From: Piromyces finnis finn | Lineage: Eukaryota > Fungi > Neocallimastigomycota | NCBI GenBank assembly: GCA_002104945.1 | Contig: MCFH01000023.1 | Coordinates: 310,001-374,000, forward strand | DNA length: 64,000 nt | Reading direction: 5' to 3' | Shown here: piece by piece, positions 35,288 to 47,900 of the stretch | Layout: every line of letters starts with the position of its first letter | Numbering within the stretch: the first letter of the stretch is position 1 | The notes under the pieces: generated by a model | The model's input: the letters and a program-made list of their open reading frames with translations, nothing else | Database searches by the model: none | What the model was told of the DNA's origin: nothing | Program-made: the position numbers and the translations under genes

Positions 35288-36291
35288 TTTTAATTTTTTT
35301 TAAATTTTTTTTTTTATTGAAAATTTTAAATTAGATGGCAGTAATTAGATGATTGGTAAATTAATGATTTTATATATTGATATAATAGTGACTAATTAAA
35401 GTTACTTATATTAATAAATGGAGAATATTTTTATTTTTGAGAAAATAGTTTTTCCATGTAGTTTATTTAAATTTTTATTTAAAAAGGAATATAAAAGGAA
35501 GGTAAAAATATATATGTGTGTGTTTGGAAAACTATACCACTTTTATATTCTTTATTTCTTATTCAATTATTATCACAATATTTTATACTATTTATTTTTT
35601 TATTATTAATAATATATTAATATATTTTTTAAAATAGTTTTATAATGATTCTTTTTTTTTTTTTTTTACTAATAAAATCAGTATTAAAAAAATATTTATA
35701 TAATGAATGAAATATAAACATTTTTATAAGTTTAGAAAAAAAATATATAAAACATTTTAATATTAATTACAATTTTAAGATTCTAAAACTTTTTCACCAT
35801 TAATTTGTTTCTTTTTTGATACATAGTAAATTTATTATTAAATGCATAGTTCCGATTTTTGCTTATTTAAAATTATTGTTCTATATTTCTATATTATTTT
35901 TTAGCTAATAGTTTTGAAAGGAGATAGTAATATGCTGCATAAAATAATTAATAATTAATAATCTTTATAGCTTTTAATTTTTAAAATGAATTTTAATTTA
36001 TTTATATTTAATAGTTATTTATAATAAATTAATAAACTATTTTTATATTTTTATATTTAAATTTAATACATTATTAAATATATTAATTTTTTTTATATAA
36101 GGTAAAACAATATTATTTTTATGGATAATGTATGTACAATTAAATTAGCATTAATATGTTAGTTAATACATTATTCAAATACCTAATTATATTATAAAAA
36201 TATTTCTTAAAGTCAGTATTATTGAATAATTTTAAAAAGAGATATTTATATTTCCTTAATAAGCATTTAATTTGTAGATAATAATAAATAA

Positions 36292-37613
36292 ATGGATCTT
36301 ATTTTAGGAGGTAATTAATAAATTATTAACTAATTGTTTTTTTATTATTTAAATAAAATTCTTTCATTTAAATATAAAATATAGCGAAAATTTGATAATA
36401 CAAGTAAAAAATAAAATATATATATTTAATCAAAAAATGAAATTCTTTAAAAATTTGATATTTAACAATATATATAACAACATAATGTAATGCATTTATC
36501 AAATTATTTTATATATAAAAAAATAAAAGGATAAATAAATAAATAATAATATTTTCAATTCAATTTCAAAAGAAATCGCAAATTCATAATTTTTCTCAAA
36601 AATGATGAAATAAAATTACTTTATATTAATTATTTGAACATGGAATATAATACTAATAAAACTAAATGTTTTAAATAATAAATTCTTTGATTATACAATT
36701 GAATTACTTAACACAATATAAATTATAAATAACATTCAAAAATATATATTAGCTTTAGCTAGCGGCATGGTCGCTGGAATGGCTAATGGAAATGTTAATT
36801 CCTCAGGAAACAAGCCAGCTTCAAAGCCAGCTTCAAAACCAGCTTCAAAACCAGTTAGTAGTGCATCAAGCACTACAGGATTAAGTGCTTTGTTGGGTGA
36901 AGATTATAAAAAACCAAATAATACAAGTAGCTCTAGTAATTATAACAATTCTTCTGGAGCTCAAGGTTATGGTGGCCAACAAGGTAGCTACAGTGGACCA
37001 CAAGGTGGTTATGGTGGCCAACAAGGTAGTTACAGTGGACCACAAGGTGGTTATGGTGGCCAACAAGGTAGTTACAGTGGACCACAAGGTAGTTATGGAG
37101 GTCCACAAGGTGGTTATGGAGGTCCACAAGGTGGTTATGGAGGCCCTCAAGGTGGTTATGGTGGTCCTCAAGGTAGCTATGACAGCCAAAATGGACAAAA
37201 CAATAACAATGGATATGGTGGTTATGGACAAGGATTTGGTGGACCATATGGTCGCCCACCACCACCACCACCATTTGGCTTCCCACCACCACCTCCACCA
37301 CCATTCGGTTATGGATATGGTGGTCCAGGAGGTCCAGGCTATGGATATGGAGGTCCACAAGGTGGTTATGGTGGTCCACAAGGTGGTTATGGAGGCCCTC
37401 AAAGTGGTTATGGTGGTCCACAAGGTGGTTATGGTGGTCCACAAGGTGGTTATGGTGGTCCACAAGGTGGTTATGGTGGCCCAGGAGGTGAAGGAAACAA
37501 TGGAAGCAACAATAACAATGGTAAATATTTAAAAATACTAATATAAAATATGCATAATATAGAAGATATTAATTATTTTTAAAACCTAATAATATTTAGA
37601 AGGAACTAAATAA
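36292..37613 (+). CDS. Gly/Gln/Tyr/Pro-rich low-complexity protein A; exons 36292-36310, 36753-37520, 37600-37613
   Basis: Micro-exon ATGGATCTTATTTTAGGAG|gtaatt joins ...tag|CTTTAGCT in frame, giving MDLILGALASGMVAG. GPQGGYG (21 bp) and GGQQGSYSGPQGGY (42 bp) repeats and poly-Pro. The last intron gtaaat..ctaat..tttag gives the end EGTK*. Confidence 0.75.
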
Positions 37614-37936
37614 AATGTTAAAAACATCATTAATTCAATTTTTTCATACTTTATAAGTAAGTTAATATAAAATAAATATATTTATGGATTAAAAATAATA
37701 CATCTGATATGGATTAACATAATATTATATTTTTTATTAAAATCAATAATTAATAATAAACAGAAGGATTATGAAATCGTATAAACATCTTTTATAAAAT
37801 AGAAAAATAAATATTCTATATTTAAAAAGTCTGAAATAAAACAAAATCATATATATGCAACATATCTTATAAACAATTGTCGTAACATAAAAATATTATT
37901 TATTAAAGTGAGGTATTACTTTTAATATTATATAAA

Positions 37937-38060
37937 TTAATGTAAAACAATTATTACATGAAATCATTGATTTTTCAAATAAAGATATTTTCTAATATTA
38001 TACATTTTAATGTAAAACAATTATTATTACATGAAATCATTAATTGATTTTTCAAATAAA
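37937..38060. repeat. Imperfect direct repeat of about 47 bp, 70-bp period
   Basis: ttaatgtaaaacaattattacatgaaatcattgatttttcaaataaa at 37937; the same at 38007 with two small internal duplications. Confidence 0.8.
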
Positions 38061-38694
38061 ATAAAATATATATATAAATAATAATATATATTTTTCATTT
38101 TTATATGTATAATGTGATAATAGGGTTTAAAGAATTTCTTCCATAATTAATATATTAAAGTTTATTCAAATTAATAGGAGGCTAAAGCAATAAATAAATG
38201 CATCTTTTTTTAATCTATATTAAATTAATATTTACATTTACTTTTTGTCAATAGTGTGTGTAACACAAAAAATGTATTATTTTGTTATAAATTAAAGTTT
38301 AAATACATTATTAAAAATATTATTTTAATGGATGAAAAAGATTTTATTATATTATAAAATTTTATTATTTTGTTGTAAGTTTATTTTTTTTAAAACACAT
38401 TGTTATTCAAAATGATATTAAATACATATTGTAAACAAATCTAGCCAGTAGAATTCATTAATATTACATTAAAGTTTAAACTATTACCTATTACGAGAAA
38501 TTAATTTTTAATTATATTTTAATAATAAATTATAAAACACTTAAAAGTAGAAAAAATCTTCTTAACTTTTTAATTTCATTTAAAAAAATATTTCTATAAA
38601 GAAAAATATATATACATATCATTAAATAATAAATATAAAAAAAAAAGATTTTATTGAAGAAAAAATCATTTTAAATAACTATAAAATAAATAAA

Positions 38695-39850
38695 ATGGAT
38701 CTTCTTTTAGGAGGTGAAGATTAAATTTTAAGAATAAATTTATTAAAAGAATAATGAAGATAGTTCTTATAAAAATTTGAAAAGTTTGGTTATCTATGAA
38801 AATAAACAATTACTATTAAAAATATCAAAAATAATTATTAAAAAGTTATAATGTCTATAAATAAAAATAATTAAAATACAAATATATAATTTAAAAATAG
38901 TGAATAAAGAAAAGTATTAAATAATAAATAGGTAGTATTATTATAACTGAAATACAAATGTAATAAAAATAATAGTAATTTAGTTCTAAGAGAAGATAAA
39001 TGTGAAAAAGATATACAACAATAAAAATAAATAATAAAAGTAATAATATGATAATACGCAATGAAGAATTATTATTTTAAAATAGAATTATTAAAATCAT
39101 TTTATCCATATGCATATATATATTATTAAATAATTTTAAAAAAAATAAAAAATTATATTATAAATGTATTAATAAATAAACTATTGTTTTTTTTCAAAAA
39201 TAGCTTTAGCTGGTAGTTTGGGTGCTTCCGGTAATGGTCGTGGTTCTGGAAGAGGTCGTGGTGGTTCAAATGGCATGGGTGGTCCAGGTATGGGTCCAGG
39301 AATGGGCCCAGGAATGGGCCCAGGAATGGGTTCAGGAATGGGAGGAAACCAAGGAAGTATGGGAATGGGTAGAGGTTCCGGTTCTTCTGGAGGTTCTTTA
39401 TTAGGTGCTTTATTAGGTTTAGATGATGAACCATCAAGTGGTATGGGAATGGGAGGTCCAGGAATGGGTAACTCTTCTAGAGGTGGTTATGGTATGGGTA
39501 ACTCTTCTAGAGGTGGATATGGTATGGGTAATTCTTCTAGAGGTGGTTATGGTGGTAATGGTGGCTACGGTGGTTCTAGCTCAGGTAGCACTTCCTTATT
39601 AGGGGCCTTATTAGGTTTAGATGATGGACCATCAAGTGGTATGAGTGGCGTTGGTATGGGAATGGGAGGTCCAGGAATGGGAGGTCCAATGGGTGGTCCA
39701 GGAATGGGTGGCCCAGGAATGGGAATGGGTGGACGTGGTGGCATGGGTGGTGGTATGCGTGGCCGTGGTGGCCGTGGTAGAGGAGGTATGCATGATGGTA
39801 TGGGCGGCAGAGTAGGTCGCGGTGGTGGTATGTCAGGCGGTTTCTTTTAA
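38695..39850 (+). CDS. Gly/Met/Arg-rich low-complexity protein B (paralogue of A); exons 38695-38713 and 39204-39850
   Basis: Micro-exon ATGGATCTTCTTTTAGGAG|gtgaag joins ...tag|CTTTAGCT in frame, giving MDLLLGALAGSLGAS. SLLGALLGLDD occurs twice, GMGNSSRGGY three times, plus GMGP repeats and a C-terminal RGG tract. Confidence 0.72.
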
Positions 39851-40931
39851 GGCAAGTTAGTAAAGATGATTCACCTTCTCAAAAGCCAACATTAAAACCC
39901 ACAAAATATACAATAATATATAATAATACAACAATAATATATCAGCTTCCTTTACTCTCACTTACCTAACAACATAAAGCAACTTATTTTTTTATAAATA
40001 TTGTTTAATTCTATAAAAAACATTTACTTAAAGAAAATTAATATCAGCAATCACCAACGAAATTCACTTTGTAATATTTTAGTATTCAATATATATACAT
40101 ATTATAAAAAATGAACAACTTAATAAAATTATTATTTAAACTATATATTATCGCGACAATCTATTATTCAATCTAATATTTATATAAATGATTAGTAATT
40201 TATTCTATGTACCATTTTAATAAACCTAAATAAAATAAAATAATAAATTTTATTAATAATTGTAAATTGCTACAACTGTTAATTTATGAATAAGTGTAAT
40301 TTATTAGTTTTAAAATGCTAATTATATATGTTAATAGTGGCTTATTTTTATATAACTAAAAAAAAAAATATTAAAAATCATTACTAACAGAATTTCATAT
40401 TTAATTAAAATTTATCTACATCGTATATATTATTTGTTTTTCCTGAATATAATAATGTGGCTATTTTTAATATATTAGTTTTAGGATTAGATTAGACATT
40501 GTTAAAAAGCATTCATATAATATAAAAATTAAAAAAGAAAAATAATTAGATCTCTATGAAAAAAAAGATATAAGATTTTAATAAAATTATAAATTGATAA
40601 TAATGAAAAAAATAATAATAATAAAGATATTTTTATTATAAGTTTTATATTTCTTAAACCTATTTTAAAATTTCTACTATATATTAAAATATCATTTAAA
40701 AAGTTGATGTTTATTCAACTATAATTTGTGAAAAGAAAAAATATATTTATAATAAAAATTCTATTACTAAATGCAATAATCAATAGTAAAATAATTAATA
40801 TGAAAATTAATAATAAAAATGATAATTATAATGCTTTAAATAACTATATTAGTTTAACTAATATTTTAATTATTGAGAGTTCTAATAATAACTCTACTAT
40901 ACTTCAAAAATAGTTTAATTCAGTTTTTGCA

Positions 40932-40962
<31 letters not shown>

Positions 40963-41669
40963 TAATAATGATAGACAGTATAATAGAGTGGGTGAAAAAA
41001 AAATGTGTCCTTTATCGTCTCTATAAGGTTTAACAACAAAAGAAATCAATAATAAAAATGAAAGATAAACTTATTATTATTCAAATTAATTCTACTACAT
41101 AATAAATTTTGTTTTACAAAAAAATTTATTATATATAAAAATTTCATATTTTTATTTATAAAAATGTTTACATACAATAATATGTATTAATTGATTTTAA
41201 CAAATAAAAAAAAATTAAAAAGAAACAATATGATAAATAATTGAAATTGGAAAGATATATATTTTTAATTCAAATCATGTATTAATAAGAATTATTTTAG
41301 TAATTACACATCAAAAAAGAGCAAAAAGACTATTAATATTTAATAAAGTTATTTATAAGATTTATTAATATCTTTTTATTATTTATTTTATTATTATTCT
41401 TATTATATTTGATTTTAGTTTATTCTATTATTATATTCATCTTATACTCTACTAATTTAGTATTTTAGTATTTTAAATTTTGTTATTCTAAACATTATTC
41501 TATTAGATATTTTTTGATATTTTTTCTTTTAAAATTATTTGATGATTAATAAACTTGAAGTATATTATTTTTATATATTATTTTAATTTCCAAAAGTTAT
41601 TTGTTTATATTATCATCATAATTTAAATAATACATATTAAATACATTAAATATATATTAAATTATTTGT

Positions 41670-42545
41670 TTAAAATTCAATTTTTTCAATAAATTGTCTT
41701 GGTGTTGTTATGTTTTCTTCTCCAATAAGATTTGCAAGATCATTACTACATAATTCACCCCAACCATCAACAAATTTTTGTTGTAACATACCTGCGTCAA
41801 TATATTGGAAATATTTTGGAATACCAAGTTTATCTAAATATGGTTCATATTCTTCCTTAGTTGTTTCAACTAATTCTACCTTTTTACCAGAAACTTCAGA
41901 TACAATTTCAACAATATCTTTATAGGTAAATGGTTTTGGATAGGTAATTTCATAAGCTTTGTTAAGATGACCTTCAGTAGTTAAAACAACTGCTGCACTT
42001 TTTGCCATATCATCACGACTAACAAAGTTAACACCTCTACCATTTGCAAGAGTATAAAGAATACCAGAATCAACAGAGCGCTTTAAATAAATGTCACTAA
42101 GGTAATATTCAGAATAGAAAGTATTACGTAAGAAAGTGTATGGAATACCAGAAGCTTTAATAGCATATTCAGTAGCAAGATGAACATCTTCTAAACCAAA
42201 TTCACATTGATAAGGATGAGCTAAACCAGTATAGACAATATGAGAAACATGAGAGCTACGAGCAGCTTCAATAACAACAATATGATCCTTAATACGAGTT
42301 AAACTATCCATTTCAAAACCGGAAATAAAAAGTAACTTTTCAATATCTTTGAAAATGTCTGAAGCATATTCTTTTTTGTAGTCACCATATCTAATTTCCA
42401 TGCCTCTATCCTTAAATGGAAGTGCCTTTTCTTCATTACGGTACATAACAACAATATCAGATGGCTTAACACCACGTTCTATAAGGCAATCAATAGCCTT
42501 ACTACCATAATGTCCAGTACCACCAACAACAGCAATTTTACCCAT
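41670..42545 (-). CDS. NmrA-like/atypical SDR NAD(P)H-binding oxidoreductase (YtfG/QorB-like), intronless
   Basis: MGKIAVVGGTGHYGS Rossmann motif, EIRYGDY, KLLFISG, HLATEYAIKASGIPYTFLRNTFYSE, VSRDDMAKSAAVVL. Confidence 0.85.
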   Translation of the reverse strand: MGKIAVVGGTGHYGSKAIDCLIERGVKPSDIVVMYRNEEKALPFKDRGMEIRYGDYKKEYASDIFKDIEKLLFISGFEMDSLTRIKDHIVVIEAARSSHVSHIVYTGLAHPYQCEFGLEDVHLATEYAIKASGIPYTFLRNTFYSEYYLSDIYLKRSVDSGILYTLANGRGVNFVSRDDMAKSAAVVLTTEGHLNKAYEITYPKPFTYKDIVEIVSEVSGKKVELVETTKEEYEPYLDKLGIPKYFQYIDAGMLQQKFVDGWGELCSNDLANLIGEENITTPRQFIEKIEF

Positions 42546-44953
42546 GATTCTTTAATAAAAAAAATTTAATATTAATATTGATAAAATATTAATATGTTAT
42601 TAATGTTATTATCAGTACATAAACTTTTTATAAATAATAAATATTTTATTTTATAAATTTATTAATGTAAATATTTATAAATGTAGATTACTGGTATAAA
42701 TTTCATTGTTTATCTTTTTGCATTATTTTTAAAAAAAAATTTGATAATTCTATGTTAATATCACATTTTTACTTACAAAAAAAAATTATTATTTACAATG
42801 GTATTTTTCTTCTTTTTAATTTTTTTTTATTTACAATTTTTCTTTAAATTATAATAGTAAAAAAAAAAGGACTTTTCTTCTTATATTTATATAAAAATAA
42901 ATTGAGATAATTTTGCTTTCTTTTTTTTTTTTTTTTAATTAAATAAAGTTTTTTAACTAGCAAATACAAAAGTACAAAATTAATTACTAAATATAAAATT
43001 AATATGGAATAATTAAAAAATAAATAAATAAATTATATCTTATTTATAAAGAAAATTGATACTTTTAGTGTAACGAATAAACTATTAGAAAAATATTTTA
43101 GATAGTTTTATATATAGTTAATCAATTATTAAGATTTTATTATCTTTTATGCATAATCATTATATACATATTTTATATTTTATATTTTATATATAAATTC
43201 AAAACTTAATAAAAAAAGACAAAAAGTATATTTTCATTCATTATCAATAGTTACTTTCTAAATATTAAACAAGAAATTACATCATTATCAATATTGTTGA
43301 CTAAATGAATAATAAATATAATTTTAATATAATTTTAATATAATTTTTTCATTAATATATCTATAAGATATTGAATAAATTAAATAAAAAAAAATTACAT
43401 TTTTTAAATATTGAAAAATTTTTGCCTATAGGCTTTTTTCTTCTGATAACTTATTTCTATTAGTACAATGATGACTTTAAATATTAAAGAAATAATAAGA
43501 TGAAAATTAATTATCTTTACATTATAGAAAACCTTTTTGTTACAATTAAAGAAATATGATGTAGTATTTTAGAAATTTTAAATAATATAAAATTTTTTTG
43601 AAAATGTTTTTTATATTATAACTATATATTAAATATGATTTTCTATACAAAAAATCAATTTATTGAATTTAAATTAATTAATTAAATCAATTATAAATTT
43701 AATTTTAAATAAGGTTTTGTGTTCATCCTACCAAGATGTATAATAACTTAAACATAATTAGATTTGATAATTATATAAAAAAAAAAAAAGATCAAAATAA
43801 TAATTTTTAAATATAATGAAGATTTAGTGATAGATTAACCGTTACCAAAAGTATCAACGTTTTAATAATAAGGTCGTATCAGCCTCACCCTCATACTGGT
43901 AGTCTAACAGGGTCATAGATAAATATAATAAAAGTATTATAGAATACTCATGAGAGAGTTAGAAGGTTTCTACATTATTTGTCTTTAAAATGATGTTTCC
44001 ACTTTATTGTTGGTATATATAAACTTTAAGAGAAATCATCTCTAGTATAATATACCTCAAGTTTGCCAATTAAAGTCTAATTCTTTTTATTTTTATCTTC
44101 TAAATATTTATTCAATATTCCATTTATTTTTTTTCATTTTATTTATTTTTAATTAATACTTTATGAATATATATATTATTATATAACATTTATATACATT
44201 TAAATAAAAAAATATTAACAAATAAAGCGTTGAAGGTGCATTTTTTTTCCAAATTTCAAAAAATCTGTAAATTTATTCATAAAATAGTATTATATAGTTT
44301 GTTAGAGGTAAAAGTTTATATTTTATCAAAAACTTAAAAAAAAAAAAAAAAAGAATTAGTACTGTTAAAGAATATAGTATTATATACTTTATATCATTAT
44401 AATGTATAATGTTTTATTCTTCAATTATAAAATGTTTTTCTTTTGTTACCCATTTTTCATAATTTCATAAAATAAGATATTATTTAATTTTATCTATCAC
44501 CTATGAAATATAGATTTTATAAATAGAAAATTAACTTCATCTATATGTAATATGAATACATCTAACTCTTAAATTATCACTTTAAAATTTATATTTTAAA
44601 TTAAAGAGTGGAATTATTAAAGCATATTATTTATATTTGTTATCCTTTTTATTTTCAACATATTACAAATTTAATTCAGTAAAATATATTAAAAAGAAAC
44701 CTTAATTAAATTTATATTAATTTTTTTCTTTCACCAAAAAATTAGATTACCAATTTAAATAATTTAATTATATTTTCAGGTTTTTATAAGGGTATAATAT
44801 AATGGAAAATTAATAATTAAAATTTTAAATTGCAATTCAAATGAAATAATATTTTTACATATAAATCAAATAGAAACGAAAGTATATGAAAGCATTATAA
44901 ATATTATATAAATATTATATTTATATTAATAGTATTAAAAAAAGCTTATAATT

Positions 44954-47900
44954 ATGGAAATTTTAGAGAATAAAAAAAACAAATTCTTAAATTTAATTAA
45001 AAAAAATAGTGATATAGAAAAAGTAAAAAATTATGTTCTTGAAAATAATATTAATATAATAAAATTCAATAATGATTCATTTGATTTACTTATTTATTCA
45101 ATTGTTAATGATGCTTCTATTGAAATTGTAAAATTTATAATTGAGGAATGTAACTATAAAACCTTAAATTACGTTTTTGTTGATAAAAAAAATGCCAAAA
45201 TAAATAATAATCGTTATCTTTTTTTTAGATATCATACAATTCCACTATTTTTTGCAATCTTAAAACAAAACTTTAGAGTAGCAGATTTGTTAATTAAAAA
45301 TAAAGCTGATGTTAATTTTTACATTACTGGAGATGATGGCAAAAAATATAATATAATACAATATCTTTTTTTCTTTTCATTATTAGACACTGTTAAATTA
45401 AATTACATTATAGATAATGGGTTTAAAGTTAATAGTATAACATCAGAATTAATAATTGAATTGATAAAATCGAATCATTATAATAAAACAGACATATTAG
45501 AAAATATTTTCAAAAATTTTGTTTTTGATAATAGTTTCATTTTATATTTACTTTCCATGTACAAGTATAATATATCTTTATCTACTAGTCAACTTCGTTC
45601 TATGATAAAAAGTGAAAAAAATAAAATACCCGTTAATGATTCTATGTATGATATTGTTATATATGAAAAAAATTATGATATATTAACCTTACTTTTAGAA
45701 TGTGATGGAAGTCCACCAAACGAAATTTTAAATAAAATTTATAAATACGAAATTTTAGAAAATGTTGTTGAATCCTCACGTTTTAATAGCAATATTAAAC
45801 TTATTGAAAAAATTTTAGAAATTGGAAATTTAGATTTTGAATGTATTAATATGAATATAATAATTTTAGAAGCATGTAAAAAGAAAAATATTAAAATTAT
45901 AAATTTATTTATTAAAGCATTGAAAAGTCATACAGAGTATAACTTAGAAAACATTAATTTTGAAGAAATATTAATCCAGGCTATAAATACTGAAGAAAAT
46001 ATTGATGTAATGCAGTTTCTGGTTGAAACTTTTTTAAACTTAAATACCTTTAATTGTAAATATATAAAATTTGATAATATTTTAATTGAAGTTTGCCGTA
46101 GAGATAACATCAATGTCATTAAACTAATTATTGAAACGCTTATCAGAGAAAATTTATTTAATGTTGAAAATATTGATATAGAGAATATTTTATTAGGATC
46201 TGTAAAGGAAAGTAACGTTGAAACCGTAAACTTATTATTAGAAACTATTCTCTTTGAAGAAACAATAGATTTTTATTCATTTCACCTAGAAAATATTTTA
46301 TTAGAGGTATGTAGAAGAAGTAATTCTGATATTATGAAGTTGATGATAAACATCCTACAAAATAATGAAAATATTAGTTTGAAAGATATTGATTTTGAAA
46401 ATCTATTAATAGAAGCTTGTAAAGAATATGATAATGGCATTATCCAATTACTTGTAGATATGATTTTTAATCAAAAAAATATAGATATTAAAAAAATAAA
46501 TTTTGAAAATGTCCTCGTTAAAGCAAGCGAAATTAGTCATGTTTATGTATTTGAACGGCTCATCGAAAAATTAAATTATTACACATATGATATTAGAAAC
46601 TTTTCATTCGAAAAGATTTTATCTGTTGCAAAACATGAAAATTATAAAAATGATAATTTAAAACTTTACATCGAAAAGTTTTTAAATATTTCGTTGGAAA
46701 CAAGTACTAGTATGAATGTATTATTGATTAAAGATTGGAAAGGAAAATATTTTAATTTATTAATAAACCTAATTATAGAAATGAATAATATACAACTTTT
46801 AAAATATATATTAGAAAATAAAGATATAGAAGAAAATCAAGATATCAACGCCAAAGATATATATAATAGATATCCTATTGTGGTGGCTTATGAAGTAGTT
46901 GGCTACTATATATCCGAATATATTTTATCAAAATATAATCTAATGACTCACTATTATAATAGTGTGGAAATATTTCATTATCTATTAGATTATGGCGCTA
47001 ATTGCGACATTGATTATCTCGATGGAATATCCTTATTATCCCAAGCAATTAATGATAAATATTATAACGTTGTTAAATATTTATTAAAATATAAAAATTT
47101 AATTGGAAAGAAGGAAATTAATAAAATAAATAATTTATCCAAAATAAAGAATATTTATAAAAATATTATAAATTCAGTAGAGTTGCTATCGATAACAGAA
47201 GAAGATAGAAAAGAAAATAAAGGAATTGAATCGAATTTTACAATATTAATTTCATCATACTTATTAAATTATAAAGAAACGTTTAAATTATTATTACATA
47301 GTTCTGATATAAATGAAATAGATCAGTGTGGTTTAACACTTTTACACTATTCCATATTAAAAGAGGATATTGATACTGTAAAATATTTAATTGAAGTGGG
47401 TGCAGATATAAGTATTAATGACTATAATGCATTATTAATTTCAATTTGTATTGATAATAAGGAAATATTTGATATTTTAGTTGAAAATAGTAATACTTTA
47501 TTGGATAAAATGGGAATTTCAAAAAATCAAATCTTAATGTCAATACTTAAAAGGTCGAGCTTTTCATTGGATGATAAAATATGTATGTTAAAGCAACTTT
47601 TAAAAAAAGGATATAACTTTAAAAATATAGATGCTACTAAAAATTCACCACTTATTTATGCAATTCAGACAGGTTGTTTACCGTTAATTCAGTTTTTAAT
47701 TGAAAATGGCATAGATATTAATTATACGGATGAAAATGGAAAATCACCATTAATTTATGCCATTCAAAAGAAATCTATGTCAATTGTAACATTATTAATT
47801 AAATTTGGAGCCAATATAAATATAATGAAAAATTATGAGAGAAATCCGAATTTGGCAAATTTATATTTAACACAAGATTCTTCAGATTCGTTTAACGCAT

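Noticed and set aside
36881-37532. Overlapping ORFs (WTTITTL-, VVMVVHK- and HHNHLVD-repeat proteins)
   Set aside because: Other frames of the GPQGGYG coding repeat; only the Gly-rich frame has splice and paralogue support.
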